Origin: Gnetum montanum
Taxonomy: Eukaryota; Plantae; Gnetophyta
Assembly (NCBI GenBank): GCA_015680685.1
Contig: MNCI01003108.1
Location: forward strand, 147,051 to 211,050
Direction: 5' to 3'
DNA: 64,000 nt
Shown: piece by piece, positions 1 through 12,900 of the stretch
Layout: every line of letters begins with the position of its first letter
Numbering within the stretch: the first letter of the stretch is position 1
Translations under genes and position numbers: made by a program
The notes under the pieces: generated by a model
What the model saw: the letters and a program-made list of their open reading frames with translations, nothing else
What the model was told of the DNA's origin: nothing
Databases searched by the model: none

Positions 1-3000
1 CCCCCCCCTTGGCAAATGGGTTAACGTGGTATGGGGGAGCTCCAAACCTTGCAGGCACCAGAGGCCAGAAACCGTGCCTGAAGAACCTAAATGCAGCCCG
101 GTGATGCAAAGCGGTGAAGGCAAACCCAGGTGACCGAATGCGACTCGTGCCAGAGACAAGCAAAAACAATGGAACATCAACTTGGGATTCCAACAGACCC
201 TTCGGGAGGTCTACTAGTGCCGCACCCCCAATCACCCATGAAGTTGTTCAGTTGGAATTGCAAGGGACAGGGTACCCCCTACAAAAGAAATACCCTACGC
301 AGAATTGTTCGTGATGAAGATTGTGATATTGTTTGTCTCTAGGAGACCAAGCTACGGGCAACGGAGTCGCACTTCCTCCAATGGGAAGGTTGGACCACCC
401 ACGTGCACCCCTGCTTGGGCTGAGCCGATGGACTCGCCATTCTGGCCCGCTACGCCATGAATCTCATGGATGCATCGCAGTGGGCCATCACTGTCCAGCT
501 CCCCTCGCAAGGGGTCTGGTTGACTAATTTTTACGGGGCACAAAGCTGGGAGCAGCGGTTACACGAGTTGGCCCGAGTGGCGACGCTAGTTCCAGACCAT
601 CAATCGTGGATCGTGGTGGGGGACTTCAACCAACGCCTCCACCCTTGGGAGAAGTCTGGGGGGGCTATCCTTCTCCACAGGGGGTGCCTGAATTCCAAAC
701 TTTTCTGGCAACCTTCTCCTTGGTAGATTTGCCCATCGAGAACTGCCGTTTCACGTGGAGCAATCGAAGGAAGGGCCCAGACCGCGTCCTCACCCGAATT
801 GATCGGGTTTGCATTAGCACTGACCTCCTACTCCATTCCTCCATCCGTGTGTCGGGGTAGGAGAGGGTAGCTTTAGACCACCGTTCGCTGACCTGTTTGA
901 TCGGGTTGGATAAACCCAGGGCCCCACGATCGTTCCATTTTGAAGCTGCTTGGTTAGCCAACCCGTGGCTGAGGCCGCTGGTGGAGGAGATCTAGGCAGA
1001 CTACCGGCCCGGCCAGGGGGGCCCACGGAACTTCCTTAAGGAGGCCTTACTTCGGCTAAAGTGGGCCATCAGGGCCCTACCTGTGGATGATAAGTTCTCC
1101 TTTCGAACAGGCCTGCGGACGCTCCGTGATCAGCTTGGCCAAATCCAGGCCCGGCAGGAAGCAGGAGAGGACCTGCACACGGAGGAGCAGCACACATTGC
1201 GTCAGCTTCAGTCCCTTGACCTGGAAGAGGAGACATACTGGCGACAACGTTCCCGGGTTCGATGGATCAGGGAGGGGACAGGCAAACCAGATTCTTCTTT
1301 GCCATGGCCAAGACACGTGGGGGATGTCAACCATGCTGTCTCCACAACCAGGACGGGGAGACAATTGATGATGCACAGCGAATTGCGCATGAGCTGATGC
1401 AATACTGGGGCGGGATCTGGGCCAAGCGCCCCATCAGGCCAATCTCAATCCCCGTACAGCGAGTGTTGAGTGAGCACGACAATGTACAGCTGCTAGCCCC
1501 TTTCTCCTAGCAAGAGCTCACGGCCACGATCAATAGCATGCCAAGTGGAAAAGCACCTGGTCCTGATGGCTGGAGCCTTGAATTTTTTAAGACGTTTCTA
1601 GATATTGTGGGACCCAATATGCTAGATGCGTTCAATCTCATGCTGACCAGGAGACAAGTTCAGAGGGAACTCAACTACTCCCGTTTTGTGTGCATTCTGA
1701 AGCAATCTAACGCACACCGCCCTGAACACTTCTGCCCCATCGGGGTATGCAATGTACTCATCCGGATCTTCTCCAAGCTGCTGGTGCATAGGCTTGTACC
1801 ACTCATGTCCAGGCTTGTGGGGATCAACCAGGCAAGTTTCGTGCAAGGGTGGGCCATTCAGGACCAGATCCTCCTCTTGCAAGAGGTGATTCATTCGCTT
1901 CGAAATTCGGGCTTCCCTGGGCTTTGCCTCAAGGTTGACATCACTAAGGCATACGACACGCTCAGCTGGGAGGCATTGCAGTCCATTATGCACCTGAAGG
2001 GGTTTGATCCGCAGTTCATCCGACTTCGCATTCACATGCAGTCCTCGGCCGATTTCTCCTTTGATGTGGGGGGGCGGTTGTGGGGCCTCTCCTCCCCAGG
2101 GCAGGGGCTAAGGCAAGGGGACCCACTCTCACCCCTCCTCTTCATCATCACCATGGACTTAATGCAACACTACTGCAACACATCGAGGGTGGATGGTCTG
2201 AACATTGCCAGAGTGGCATGTCGGGCCGAACACTATGCGGACCATACGATGTTGCTCAGTAGGGCGGCGGTCCCGCAGGCACGGTGCATCAATGTTGCTT
2301 TGTCCCACCTGGCGGCCGAGTTGGGGTTGGAAATCAATAGAACCAAATCCTCAGCCCACTTCATTAATGTGGATGAACAAGTTAAAAACCGGGTGATACA
2401 AGTCTTGAATATCTTGCCAAGGACAAACAGTGACACATATCTAGGCATCCCCCTCTTCAGGTGGGGACGGACCACGGCGTGGGGCCCGTTGTTAGAAAAA
2501 ATCGAAAGAAGAATGGACCACTGGGCGAATAGATTCCTTAGCCGCAAAGGTCGCCTGCTTGTAGCTACTGGAATCCTCACGACAATCGCTCGTTTCGTGG
2601 CTACCGTTGCCACCCCCCAAATGTCGTCATCAATGCAGTTAACACGCTAATCCGTAGCTTCGTCTGGGAAGGGGGCAAAGGGGGGAGCAAAATCCATTTG
2701 GTTCGTTGGGAACGGGTGGCACGCCCTCGAAGCCTGGGTGGGTTGGGCATCACATCATTTGAGGACGAGCTAATGCTGGGACAACAACGGTTAGTGCTTT
2801 GGTTTTCGCGCCCACATAGAGAACCGATCCCATGGATCCGCATCATGAATGCCAAATATCTGTGCTGGGAAATGGGGGTGCGGGACTCTAGGCCTTGGCA
2901 AGTACTGTGTCGACACGCATGTGCGATGCAAGCCTTGGGATGGGGGGGCCTCGAGCCACGAGCCCTTCTGACGGCCAAATACCCCTGACTTGGTGGCTGG

Positions 3001-5100
3001 CTGCGGATCTGGCAAGGGTGGTTGCTCGAAAAAATCAAAACATTTTTGTGGTTGTTCAAGCACGATGCACTGCCTGTACGTGCACTGCTGCGATGGCACA
3101 GAATGCTGCAAAGCGACACATGCCCTGCATGCGGCGCTGCTGCAGAAACGACACAGCATTTCGTGTTTGTGTGCTTGCATGCGCGTCACATGACGTGCGG
3201 CGGCAATGCCCCCCCCCCGAGGTGCCTCACAGGTGACTCTTGGGCCACGCTACTTTTATGGGTAGCGTGGAAAGTGCGAAATAACACTATTTTCTGGCAG
3301 AAGCAGCGCCCCCCTGCAGCGGCTGGTCTCCCAGGCTCCCAAGTGTGGAAGGAAATCGAGGCGACGATGGGAATCACACCCACGTTCGAGCCGGATTGCG
3401 CTGCGTTCCAGGAAGACGAGGCGCTCTGGCAGATGGTGACCCAATGCGGCTGGTCTGACCCTCTGCAGCAGCTGGTCGGGGATCCAGATCTGGCAGATGA
3501 CGCGTTCTTCTCCAACTGGGCCAACAACCGTACCTTTTTTGGGGACCGTGAAATCTTGATTACAGAATCTTCTATTGCCAGTTGCCTGGGGGCCCCAATC
3601 GATGGAGAGGTCATTCTGCCCTCCACCTGCGGCCTCCAGGACGCTGAACTGTTCTTTGATGGGCCGGTTCCTCGAACCAGGAGCAGACAACTGCCCAGAT
3701 CTTTCCTACCCTACCTCTAGGCCCAGGGCACGGAATTGGTGGACCGATTTTTTGTCCAGTCTGGCAACGGCTCCAAGTTGCAGGGCCTACACTTCGCTTT
3801 TCTACGCTGTCTCAAGTTGGGGCACCAGGTCAACCTCCCCTGCTTTTTTAAGGAGGCACTTCTGCTAAAGTGCCACAGCCGCCACTCTGGTTTAATTCTG
3901 GCGCTNNNNNNNNNNNNNNNNNNNNNNNNNNNNNNNNNNNNNNNNNNNNNNNNNNNNNNNNNNNNNGCCCCCCCCCCCCCCCCTCGGCTAGGCCACAGGA
4001 CCCTACAGCGTTGCCCGGACAAGGGGTGGTTGGCCCCTCTGGGGTTCCACCCCTACACGGAGCCGGAGGACCCTGCAGGAGCGACGACCCCCCGAATGCC
4101 CTGACAGACCAGTTTCCCCCCCACCAGAGACCTCTAGCCATGGGAACTGGAATGAGGAGCTTCGGCAAGCCACGTAGAGGGCAGTGGACGAGGGTCTGGA
4201 GGTAGAGAGGAAGGAATGGGAAGCCAAATGGAATGAAGCCCTCGCCCAGGCCCGGGCCGACCTGGAGGCCCAGTTCTCTGAGCACGAGCAGGAGCGGGTG
4301 AGGCAGCAGGATCGCATGGCTGAGGCTGCCAAGGCTCGTCTAATTGACGAAATCAAGGCCCAAGTACGAGAAGAATTGATCCAAGAGGACGAGGCCCAGA
4401 GACGACGTGAGCAGGCGGAGCGGGCGGAGCAGGAGCGGCTCCAGGAGGAGGAGGACGAGTGTTAGCACCAACTTGACCGCACCCACCAGCACAACACCAG
4501 ACAGTGGCTAAGAGGAGGGCGATGCCCATACCTCATTCTTGGCATCAGCTATGAAAGCTCGTGGGCTGAGCTTAGACATCATATCCGCCAAACCTCAGCA
4601 CGCTTCCATCGGATGTGGGAGCTTCGCAGGTGGACAGGAGCCAACGGGAATCGACCATGCAGGGCATCCAGTAGGCTGCCAGCTTCGTGGACACGGAGGA
4701 CCACCGAAACACTCTGGATATCCTCCACGAACTGGAGCGCCCCGACTGCGCCTGCCGACGAACCCATAAGGGGTTGTCGGGCCCGGGTGGTGGGGGACGC
4801 TTGCCCCCCTCTACCGGGTCGGTGCCCCCTGGTCTCTCTGCTCTTCTGGCCCATCCGCCGGGTGGGGGTGCGCCCCCCTCTCTGTTTCCTAGGGGGCACC
4901 CCCCCTTCTCTGTTTCTTGGGGGCGCCCCCAGGGCTTGTGTTTGTTTTGGTTCTATCGTTGGCGCTATTTTGATTTTTTTGGGGATCCTCCCCTCTCATG
5001 GTGGGGCCATTCCTGATGGCCCACCACTTGTAAACTCTTGTACCATGTTTTGTGTTTCTAAGTAATTTAATCCCGACTACTTTCTCAAAGAAAAAAAAAA
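1..5100 (+). mobile_element. L1-clade LINE copy A (5' end outside window), degenerate
   Basis: End of ORF1; ORF2 from ATG 238 (MKLFSWNCKGQG) with APE endonuclease (VGDFN), RT (KAPGPDG, GLRQGDPLSP, YADH), zf-RVT, extra C-terminal module about 3367-4770, and poly(A) 5091-5100. Many stops and frameshifts. Confidence 0.95.
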
Positions 5101-7398
5101 GTTAGCTGAAAATGTCATGCCAAATTGGCAATTGTTTTCTTTTTAATCACTGGTTGTGGTGCCCTCAAGGATGCACCCTCACTCTCCTTTTATAGGTTTT
5201 TTTTTTTTTTTTGTGATCGTTTAACATTCCTTGGCATCCAAATTTAACTTCTTAAGATGATCCAAATGAAGTGATACAATCCATTAGAACTACCCCTTGT
5301 TTTTGCCAAGACATCGTCTCCACACCAAGGAAGCCTGGATTTGCACTCAAAACATCTCACAGGTGTCAAGATGTCTCACCTGCACTACCAAGATGTCTCA
5401 ACAACCTATCAAGATGTCCCAAGCTTCCAAAATGTCTAAACAACAATCCACACCAACCATCAAGCAGCATTGAACCCTTGATCCCTTGACCTTCTTTAAC
5501 ACCATGGACTCAAAATGCCCAATTCCTGCCCACACATAAAGATAATTAGACAATGACTTGAACACTCAAAACTTAGAGATTGTAATGGTTGATGTCCTCA
5601 TCATTTCCCTCCCTTTTAAAAAGACAAACACATACGAGACCCTTGGGGATGGCAAATGCTCCCTCACTTAGGCCAACAACTCACATACACAAATGACACC
5701 AATAGAACGACTAGAGCTTGCAAAATCGCCACTGCCATCAAATACAAACATGCATCACAAATTACATACATACACACACTAGCACAATTCTGTGCACATA
5801 CATACAACAATGAAGAATGAATTACAACAGAGAAGAAATGTCTTGGTTTTTGCCCTCAAAGGCTCCACCATGCTTCCATCTTGAAAGCATTGAATCCCAC
5901 ATGTCTTCCTCATGGCCTATAGCACATGAAGAACAAGAAAATGCAAAAGTATTAGTAGGATTAGGTCTTCTCAACCTAACAGTCCTTCCTTTCTTTGTCC
6001 TCTTCTTTACTTTATTTATTTTGGTGTTTGAATGCTTTTCTTGTTGCCTTTTTGCACCTTCATCATTACCCTCTCTTGGATATATTTCAAGTTGTTCAAT
6101 CACATTCAATAGTTCACAGCCAACACCATCAACACAATCATCACATTCAATAACACATATCCATGCTATAATCAATGGCAAGCATTGCCAATTTCTGAGC
6201 AACACATTCCCTCATCATAGGACTCAATTCCATCAGAAATATAAGTCCACAATCAATTTAACATTATTATATTTATCACAATTACTAACAATGGTACTAT
6301 AAGTCATATTGCTTTCCATACACACAACACGAGTATTATGGCTATCATGGACCACACCACATACAAGCTCAAGTGAAGAACTAGCATCAATCAAGCTATC
6401 ATCAACATAAGAGATGATACCATCATGAAGTTTAAGTTTGTCTTTACTTACCTCTCCATGGTTACTCTCATGCAATTTAGGTTCAACATGCTTTTTGTGT
6501 GGCTGTCCAAAATCCTCAAAATCTAAAGACCCTTCATCCCTAATTAAAGGTTCCATATTCCATGGTTTCTCCCCTTCAATGGGACTGTCATCCCATTTTG
6601 GAGGTCCCTAAACTTTCCTTCATGAATTGATCAATACTCAAATCAAGAATATCATCATATCAAGCATTGACACACATACCTTGGCTAGAAGACTCACCAT
6701 CTCCCATAATGGAATGACCTCCACTTGGTCAAGAATCTCCATTCCCTTGCCACATGGTAAAGAACACTTGCAAAAAGGATAACTCATACCTTCTCTTGCT
6801 GCATTGAATCCTCCTTGAAGATGTCTCTTGATCTTGACCTCCTTTTTGGCTTGGATCTTTCACTCTCCATGGAACATGAGGTAGGAACTCTCCTAGATCA
6901 GCAACATAAATCATCTTGGACTTTGAAGACTTCTTGGTCCCTTTGATGAAGCTCTTGGTTTCCTCCCTTAAAACCCTTGAGCCTTGAGCACTTCCTTACC
7001 CAAGAAGAGACACTTTAGAACTCACTTTCCTCATGATATCTACTTCATCAAACTTTCCATATTCCTCTCATCCTTGATGGTTATAAGGCAAATTCTGCGA
7101 TCTTCTTAAAAGGCCATTAAATTACACTAATAACCTCGAATCAACATAAAATAAAGTACCCACAATTCGTTTTTCAATTATGAGTATTCAACACAACTAC
7201 TCACAACAATCAAGCATATGCACTCAAGCCACAACAAAATTATGCAATTCTAAAACAATCTATAACAAACCCTAACTCAACCAAGCTAATGGGTACTCCG
7301 TTAATTCGAATTCAACAAGATTTAACAAAGAACTCAAAGACCCATAAGCAATTTGGATCACCAAACCCTCAATCTCATACAATTAAAATATTATACCA
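5101..7398 (-). mobile_element. Degenerate LTR-retrotransposon remnant
   Basis: Minus-strand PPT-like AAAAGGGAGGGAAA followed by TGATG at 5603. The LTR-like segment toward 5101 contains a TATAAA-like box. No recognisable enzyme domains. Confidence 0.4.
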
Positions 7399-9585
7399 GA
7401 ACTTTATATCGAACACCTTTTCTATCATCACCTTCCTAAGTGCCAACTAGCTCACAATGTCATAGGCCTTGGTTATATCCAGTTTGATGCACATGCCTGG
7501 AAATCTAGCCCTCTTAATTGAGTGTAAGATCTCTTGCAAGAGCAACACTTGGTCTTGCAAGTATTGGCCCTTCACAAACCCCACCTGATGCTCTCCAACC
7601 AGCTTCCCCATTAGTGGCGCAAGGCATGCCACCAACAGCTTGGAGAAAACACGCAATAGTGTGTTACAAACCCCAATAGGCCGAAAATGTCCTGGTGCTG
7701 TCGGGTTTGGAACCTTGGGTAGCAGCACCACCCTAGAGCAATTGATTTTCCTCCTAATCTACTACCAACTAAGCATACTGTTGTATGCATCCAGCAAATT
7801 GGATCCCACAAGATCCTCATACTCCCTAAAAATTTCAATCGGCCATCCATCCGAACCTAGAGCCTTATTGGACTACATGGATTCCAAAGCCTGCCGCAGC
7901 TCCTCCGATGAGAAGGGACACAGTAAATTGGTGTTGTCAACACTTTTGATAACCCTTGTGATTGGCAATGAGATCGGTTTCGTGGCCTACCATCTCCATG
8001 TCTCCCCAATATTTTTGCAGTACGTCCAGCCCCCTCCTGCTACTCTATGGACCTCCCCCACCAATATCCTCTAGCAAATGCTGGATTTTGTTCCCGTGGG
8101 CTCTATTTTGTTTGCCCGTGGCAAAGACAAACTGTGTATGTTTGTTTGCTTCCCGTAGCCAAGTCACCCTCGACTACTATCGCCAGTAGCTCTCTTCTTC
8201 CCTATCCAACTCCTAAAGTTCCCTGAGTAGCTCATGTTCTTCAATGTCCTCAACTACCCCCATTTCTTGCAATCGTTGGATCTCCTGCAATTCCATCTGC
8301 ACCTGCTGTCTGTATCCCTGGAAGTTGTACTTATCATCCAATGCTCTAGCCTTGATATTATTTTTTAGCTCTTGCAACCCATCCCTCAGGAACTGTCAAG
8401 GCTCCTGTGCCCTAGTGTAATTGTCCCAAATTGTTGCCACCATTGGTTTCATCCAACCTTTGTGCAACCAAGCTCGCTCAAACATGAATGGCCTTGGCTC
8501 TTGTCCCTCCCCCAACCAAAGACGGCAAACTATGGACTGGTGGTCAATCTTTGTATTCAAATGCAACGAAGTGGCAAGTATTCCCTTGACATTGATGGGA
8601 GGCTCTATGGGTTTGCTAGAACAGGACGTGGACTGAGGCAGGGGGATCCATTGTCATGGCTCTTATTTATCATGGTCATGAACTTGTTTAAAGGCTATTG
8701 CCTAGGTGAAAGCATTTAGGGACTGTAGGTTGCTGGAGTGCACAGTGTGGTGGCCCATTATGTAGATGATGCGATGGTGTTTTCCAAAGCTGCAGTGCTA
8801 TAGGCTGCAGCCTTGTTATGGGCAATGGAGAGGATGCAACCGAAGGTTGGCCTACAAGTCAATAAAGGAAAATCAGCCATCTATTGCACCCACATGGAGG
8901 GAAGGGTGCAGGCCAAGATTATAAAATGCTGGGTATTCTACTAGGCCAGGCACATGGCATGTATCTAAGGATGCCTATTTTGGACTGGAATAGGCAGAGG
9001 ACTTGGCAAGGACTAATAGAGCAGGTACAACAGCGGACCACACTTTGGACTAGCCGATTTCTGTCCAGGAAAGGGAAGATGGTGCTAGTGACGATAGTCC
9101 TAATGAAGATTGCCTGATTTACAACGTCCATGGCAACACCTCCAACCACGGTGATGCAAAAGATTAATAGCATTGTGAGGGAGTTTGTGTGGTCGGGAGG
9201 CAAAGGGGGAAGGAAATTGCAGTTAGTGTTGTGGATGGTCACAGTGCAACCCAAATTGGCCTTTNGTGTGTGCGCTGCACGCATTGGTATTTTGGGATTT
9301 GGAAACGAAATGGCATTAGGCACTCACCGGCTGATGAACAAGTACATGGGGTAGAGTAAGGGGGCTGTGCCGTGGGTGCAGATGTTGTGGCAGAAATATC
9401 AGTGATGGGAGGCTCATCTGGACTACTCACAACTCTAGAAAATTTTTTTCCACCATGCTAATGTGGTAGAGCAACTCAAATTGTTGGGGTAGCACCCAAA
9501 GGAACTAGTCAAATTCTGATACCCACAAGAAGAGGGATGGGAGGAAATCTAGAAGGGCCATCTCCCTGAAAAGATCAAGGAAATC
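7399..9585. mobile_element. L1 copy D with inverted 5' segment
   Basis: 7399-8545 is antisense ORF2 (DHQSIVCRL...KAYDIVS*LALRKVMIEKVFDIKF). 8543-9585 is sense ORF2 continuing VNLCIQMQRSGKYSLDIDG...GLRQGDPLS...HLPEKIK. Confidence 0.9.
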
Positions 9586-9969
9586 TTGGATCTGAATCTT
9601 GAATTATACTTCTTTTTCCCCTATACCTTCTCAAGTCTGATTTTGATATCTTTCTATAAGTTGATGGAGTGGGGGAAAACCTAGGATGTTAATTTATATT
9701 TGTGATCTATCTATTCTCTGTTGTTGAACATATGAATTTCTTGATTAAATGATTAATGGTAAAATGGTTACAAGAGTTAAATTCAGGTGATCTTGTTTTG
9801 TGTGTTGCTAGAAATTATAAAAATATTATTATGTGATTGAACAAATATGAGATTATTAATTTATCTGCTTTTGTGGTCATTTCTTTGGTTTACAAATGTG
9901 TAAATGATCCTGATTAGATNGGTGGCTTTCTTTCTACAATAATCAAACTAACATTAACCTATNAATTTT

Positions 9970-12900
9970 CTTCTTTTAACTAGCTTTCTTGGGGGCTTCA
10001 AGTGTTAGCTCTTGCTCCCTATGAATGGGTATTACATGGCATCCCCTCATCATAGAACAAATTTGGGATCTTGGAATCTAAGAGTATTGAGGAATCGATG
10101 GAAGAAGCTACAAATGGCATAGCTAACAACAACCCCAAAGGTGGTTATGATGAGGCTTAGCCTGATCAAGGTGTTGATGGATAGGCCAATGGCCATCAAA
10201 AGCCTAGCATAGGAGTCTTGGACTAGGGATCTATGACCAATGTTGATGGCCCACAAGAGCAAAAGAACATGCACCAAGGTAGAACCCCTTTTCAAGTTTC
10301 AAAGACGAGTGCCTTGGATGAAGAGCTGCCACCTTTGGAAATGTGGGTTACACCAAATCAATGTATGGCCTCCACTTCTCTATCCTAGAGCTAGTAAAGA
10401 GTAGAATCTTGGACAACAATGGGGCCAACTTCAAGGTCTTGCCAGAAGTAAGGAATATAGTACGGCTATCACTGGAAAACATATGGATGAAGATGACAAA
10501 ACAAGATGTTAAAATGCACTTTCAAGGAACCCTTAAGGAGGTCTACAAGAAGCAGTCTCACAATAGGTCATGAAACTGATTACTTGGAGTTGCAGGGACT
10601 AAGGTACCACTATAAAAGATGCACTCTACATGAAATATTGATTCAAAGTCAATGTCATGTGGTATGTGTAGATGTCTTGTACACAATAGGAATTATTAAC
10701 ATGGAAAGGATGGCATGCTGTTTTTGTGGACGCAAGGGGTCACACAGGTGGATTAGCTATTCTCACAAGATTGAAAGCAACCCTAGTGTTCCAATCAAAA
10801 TGGAATCTTAGTATCTTTCTCCTAAATATTCAATTGTGGATTACTTAATTTTATGGCCTTTAGAGTGCCCAGGACAAGACCTAGGAGATTTCTTGTATGG
10901 TAGAGAGGGTTAGTAACCTTGCTAGATGGAAAATAGCTAGAGACTTCAACCAAAGGCTCTATACCTAGAAAAAGTCCCTCTAGGATCAAACTACCCCTTG
11001 GGTAGCACAAATTGCATGGAAATTTTAGCCTAGTTCAACATGACAAACCTAGAGATCCAAGGCTGCAAATTCACTTGCACTAATCATAGAAAGGGTAAGG
11101 ACAAAGTCCTATCTCAAATTGATAGTGTTTGAATAAGTTCACAACTTCCTCTTCAATTTCAGGAGGAACTAGTTGTGCTTGAGCACACGGTGTCTAACCA
11201 TCACCCTCTAGTCCTCTCTTTGGACCCAAAAGAGAAAAATCCATCATTGTCCTTGAAGTGTGAGCAAGTGTGGCTTGCAAAACATGGTTCCAAAGGTATG
11301 TTAGGGAAATCTAGAGCAATATTCAACTGTTTGGATTCTAAGGATTTCTTAAAATAAGGGCTCCAAGTGCTAAAGTAGCGAGTCAAATCCCATCCTAAAC
11401 AAAACATGTTTGCCTTCAAATTCTAGAAGGATTGGGCGGCTTTAGAACTCCAACACATCCAAAGTATCCAAGAACAAGGCTATGATTTAGAAGACAAAGA
11501 GAGGACAACCTTCCGCTAACTATAGTTATTATCTAGAGAGGAGAAAATGTGCTGGAAGGAGTGATCTAGAGTTCAATGGCTAAAAGAAGAGCATCAGAAT
11601 ATGAAGTTCTTTTTTGCAATGGCCAAAGCCAACTAGAATGCAAGGAAAATCCAATGTTTAGAAGTCAACAAAGAACTCACCTTTGATCAAGATAAGATTA
11701 CAAGAGCTATACAAAAACTCTAGGGGTGTATTTGGTCAAAAGGACCATGCTTCTTGGTGACTATTTCTATCACGTGAATTCTTTTTGACCATGATAACAC
11801 TCATCTCCTTGCCCCAATTACCAAATTTGAAATCACAGATGCCATTTTTACCAAGAACATTGGGAAAGCTCCTAGGCCTAACATGGGTACAATTGAATTC
11901 TCTATTTGATATTCTAAGTGACAATCCGGTAAATGTGTTTAATTTGAAGCTTACGAAGGGGCACATTAGGAGGGAACTAAACTGTTCCAGAATTGTCCTT
12001 ATCCCTAAAATTAGGTACCCCTGCCTCCCCTCCAACTACCAACGAATTAGGGTATGTAACACTCTCCTCCAAGTGTTCACTAAGATCCTTATCAAAAGAT
12101 TCAAGTCATTGATGCCTATGCTTGTGGGGCCACATCAAGTAGGCTTTGTTAAGGGGAGATTTGTTCAAAACCAAATCCTTCTTTTGCAAGAGCTTATTCA
12201 TTCCATTAAGCACAATCATTTCCTAGGTATGCTCCTCAAATCACACATTGCTAAAGCTTATGATTCTATTGAATGGCATGCTCTCCAACAAATTCTGCTC
12301 ACCAAAGGATTTGAAGCAAGGTTTGTTAAACTTTGTGTTCATATCCAAGAGTTGAGAGCTTTCTCATTTGATTTTGAAAAACAACTCAGGAGTTTCTCTT
12401 CCCCCCAATGTGGTCTTAGACAAGGAGATCCACTCCCACTTGCTTGTTCATTTTGGTTATGGATCTCACGAAGGACTACTATAGCGTCAAGGAGGTCCAT
12501 GGGCCCTTGGTCAAGGGAACAATATGCATTGCCAACCATTATGTTGATGACACCATCTTGATCTCTAAAGCCATCGTATCGAAGGCACTTACTATCAAGA
12601 GGGCACTAAATCGCATGGGTAGGAAGCTTAGATTGCACAACAATTGGTGGAAGTCACAGGATCACTTTGTTCATATAGATGCAACAATAATAGGCAGAGT
12701 GTGTAGAGCCCTCGGGTTGGGTAATGGTGTGACATAGGATACACAGTTAGGCCTCCCCATTTTTAACTGGAATAGACTTTGAAGCTAAAATAACTTCTTA
12801 TAGAAGCTGCAAAACAAAGTGGACCACAAGACTGCTAGTTTTCCCACCAGCAAAGGAAAAGTCGTGTTGGCCAATTCTATTTTAGCAGCTATGGCCAACT

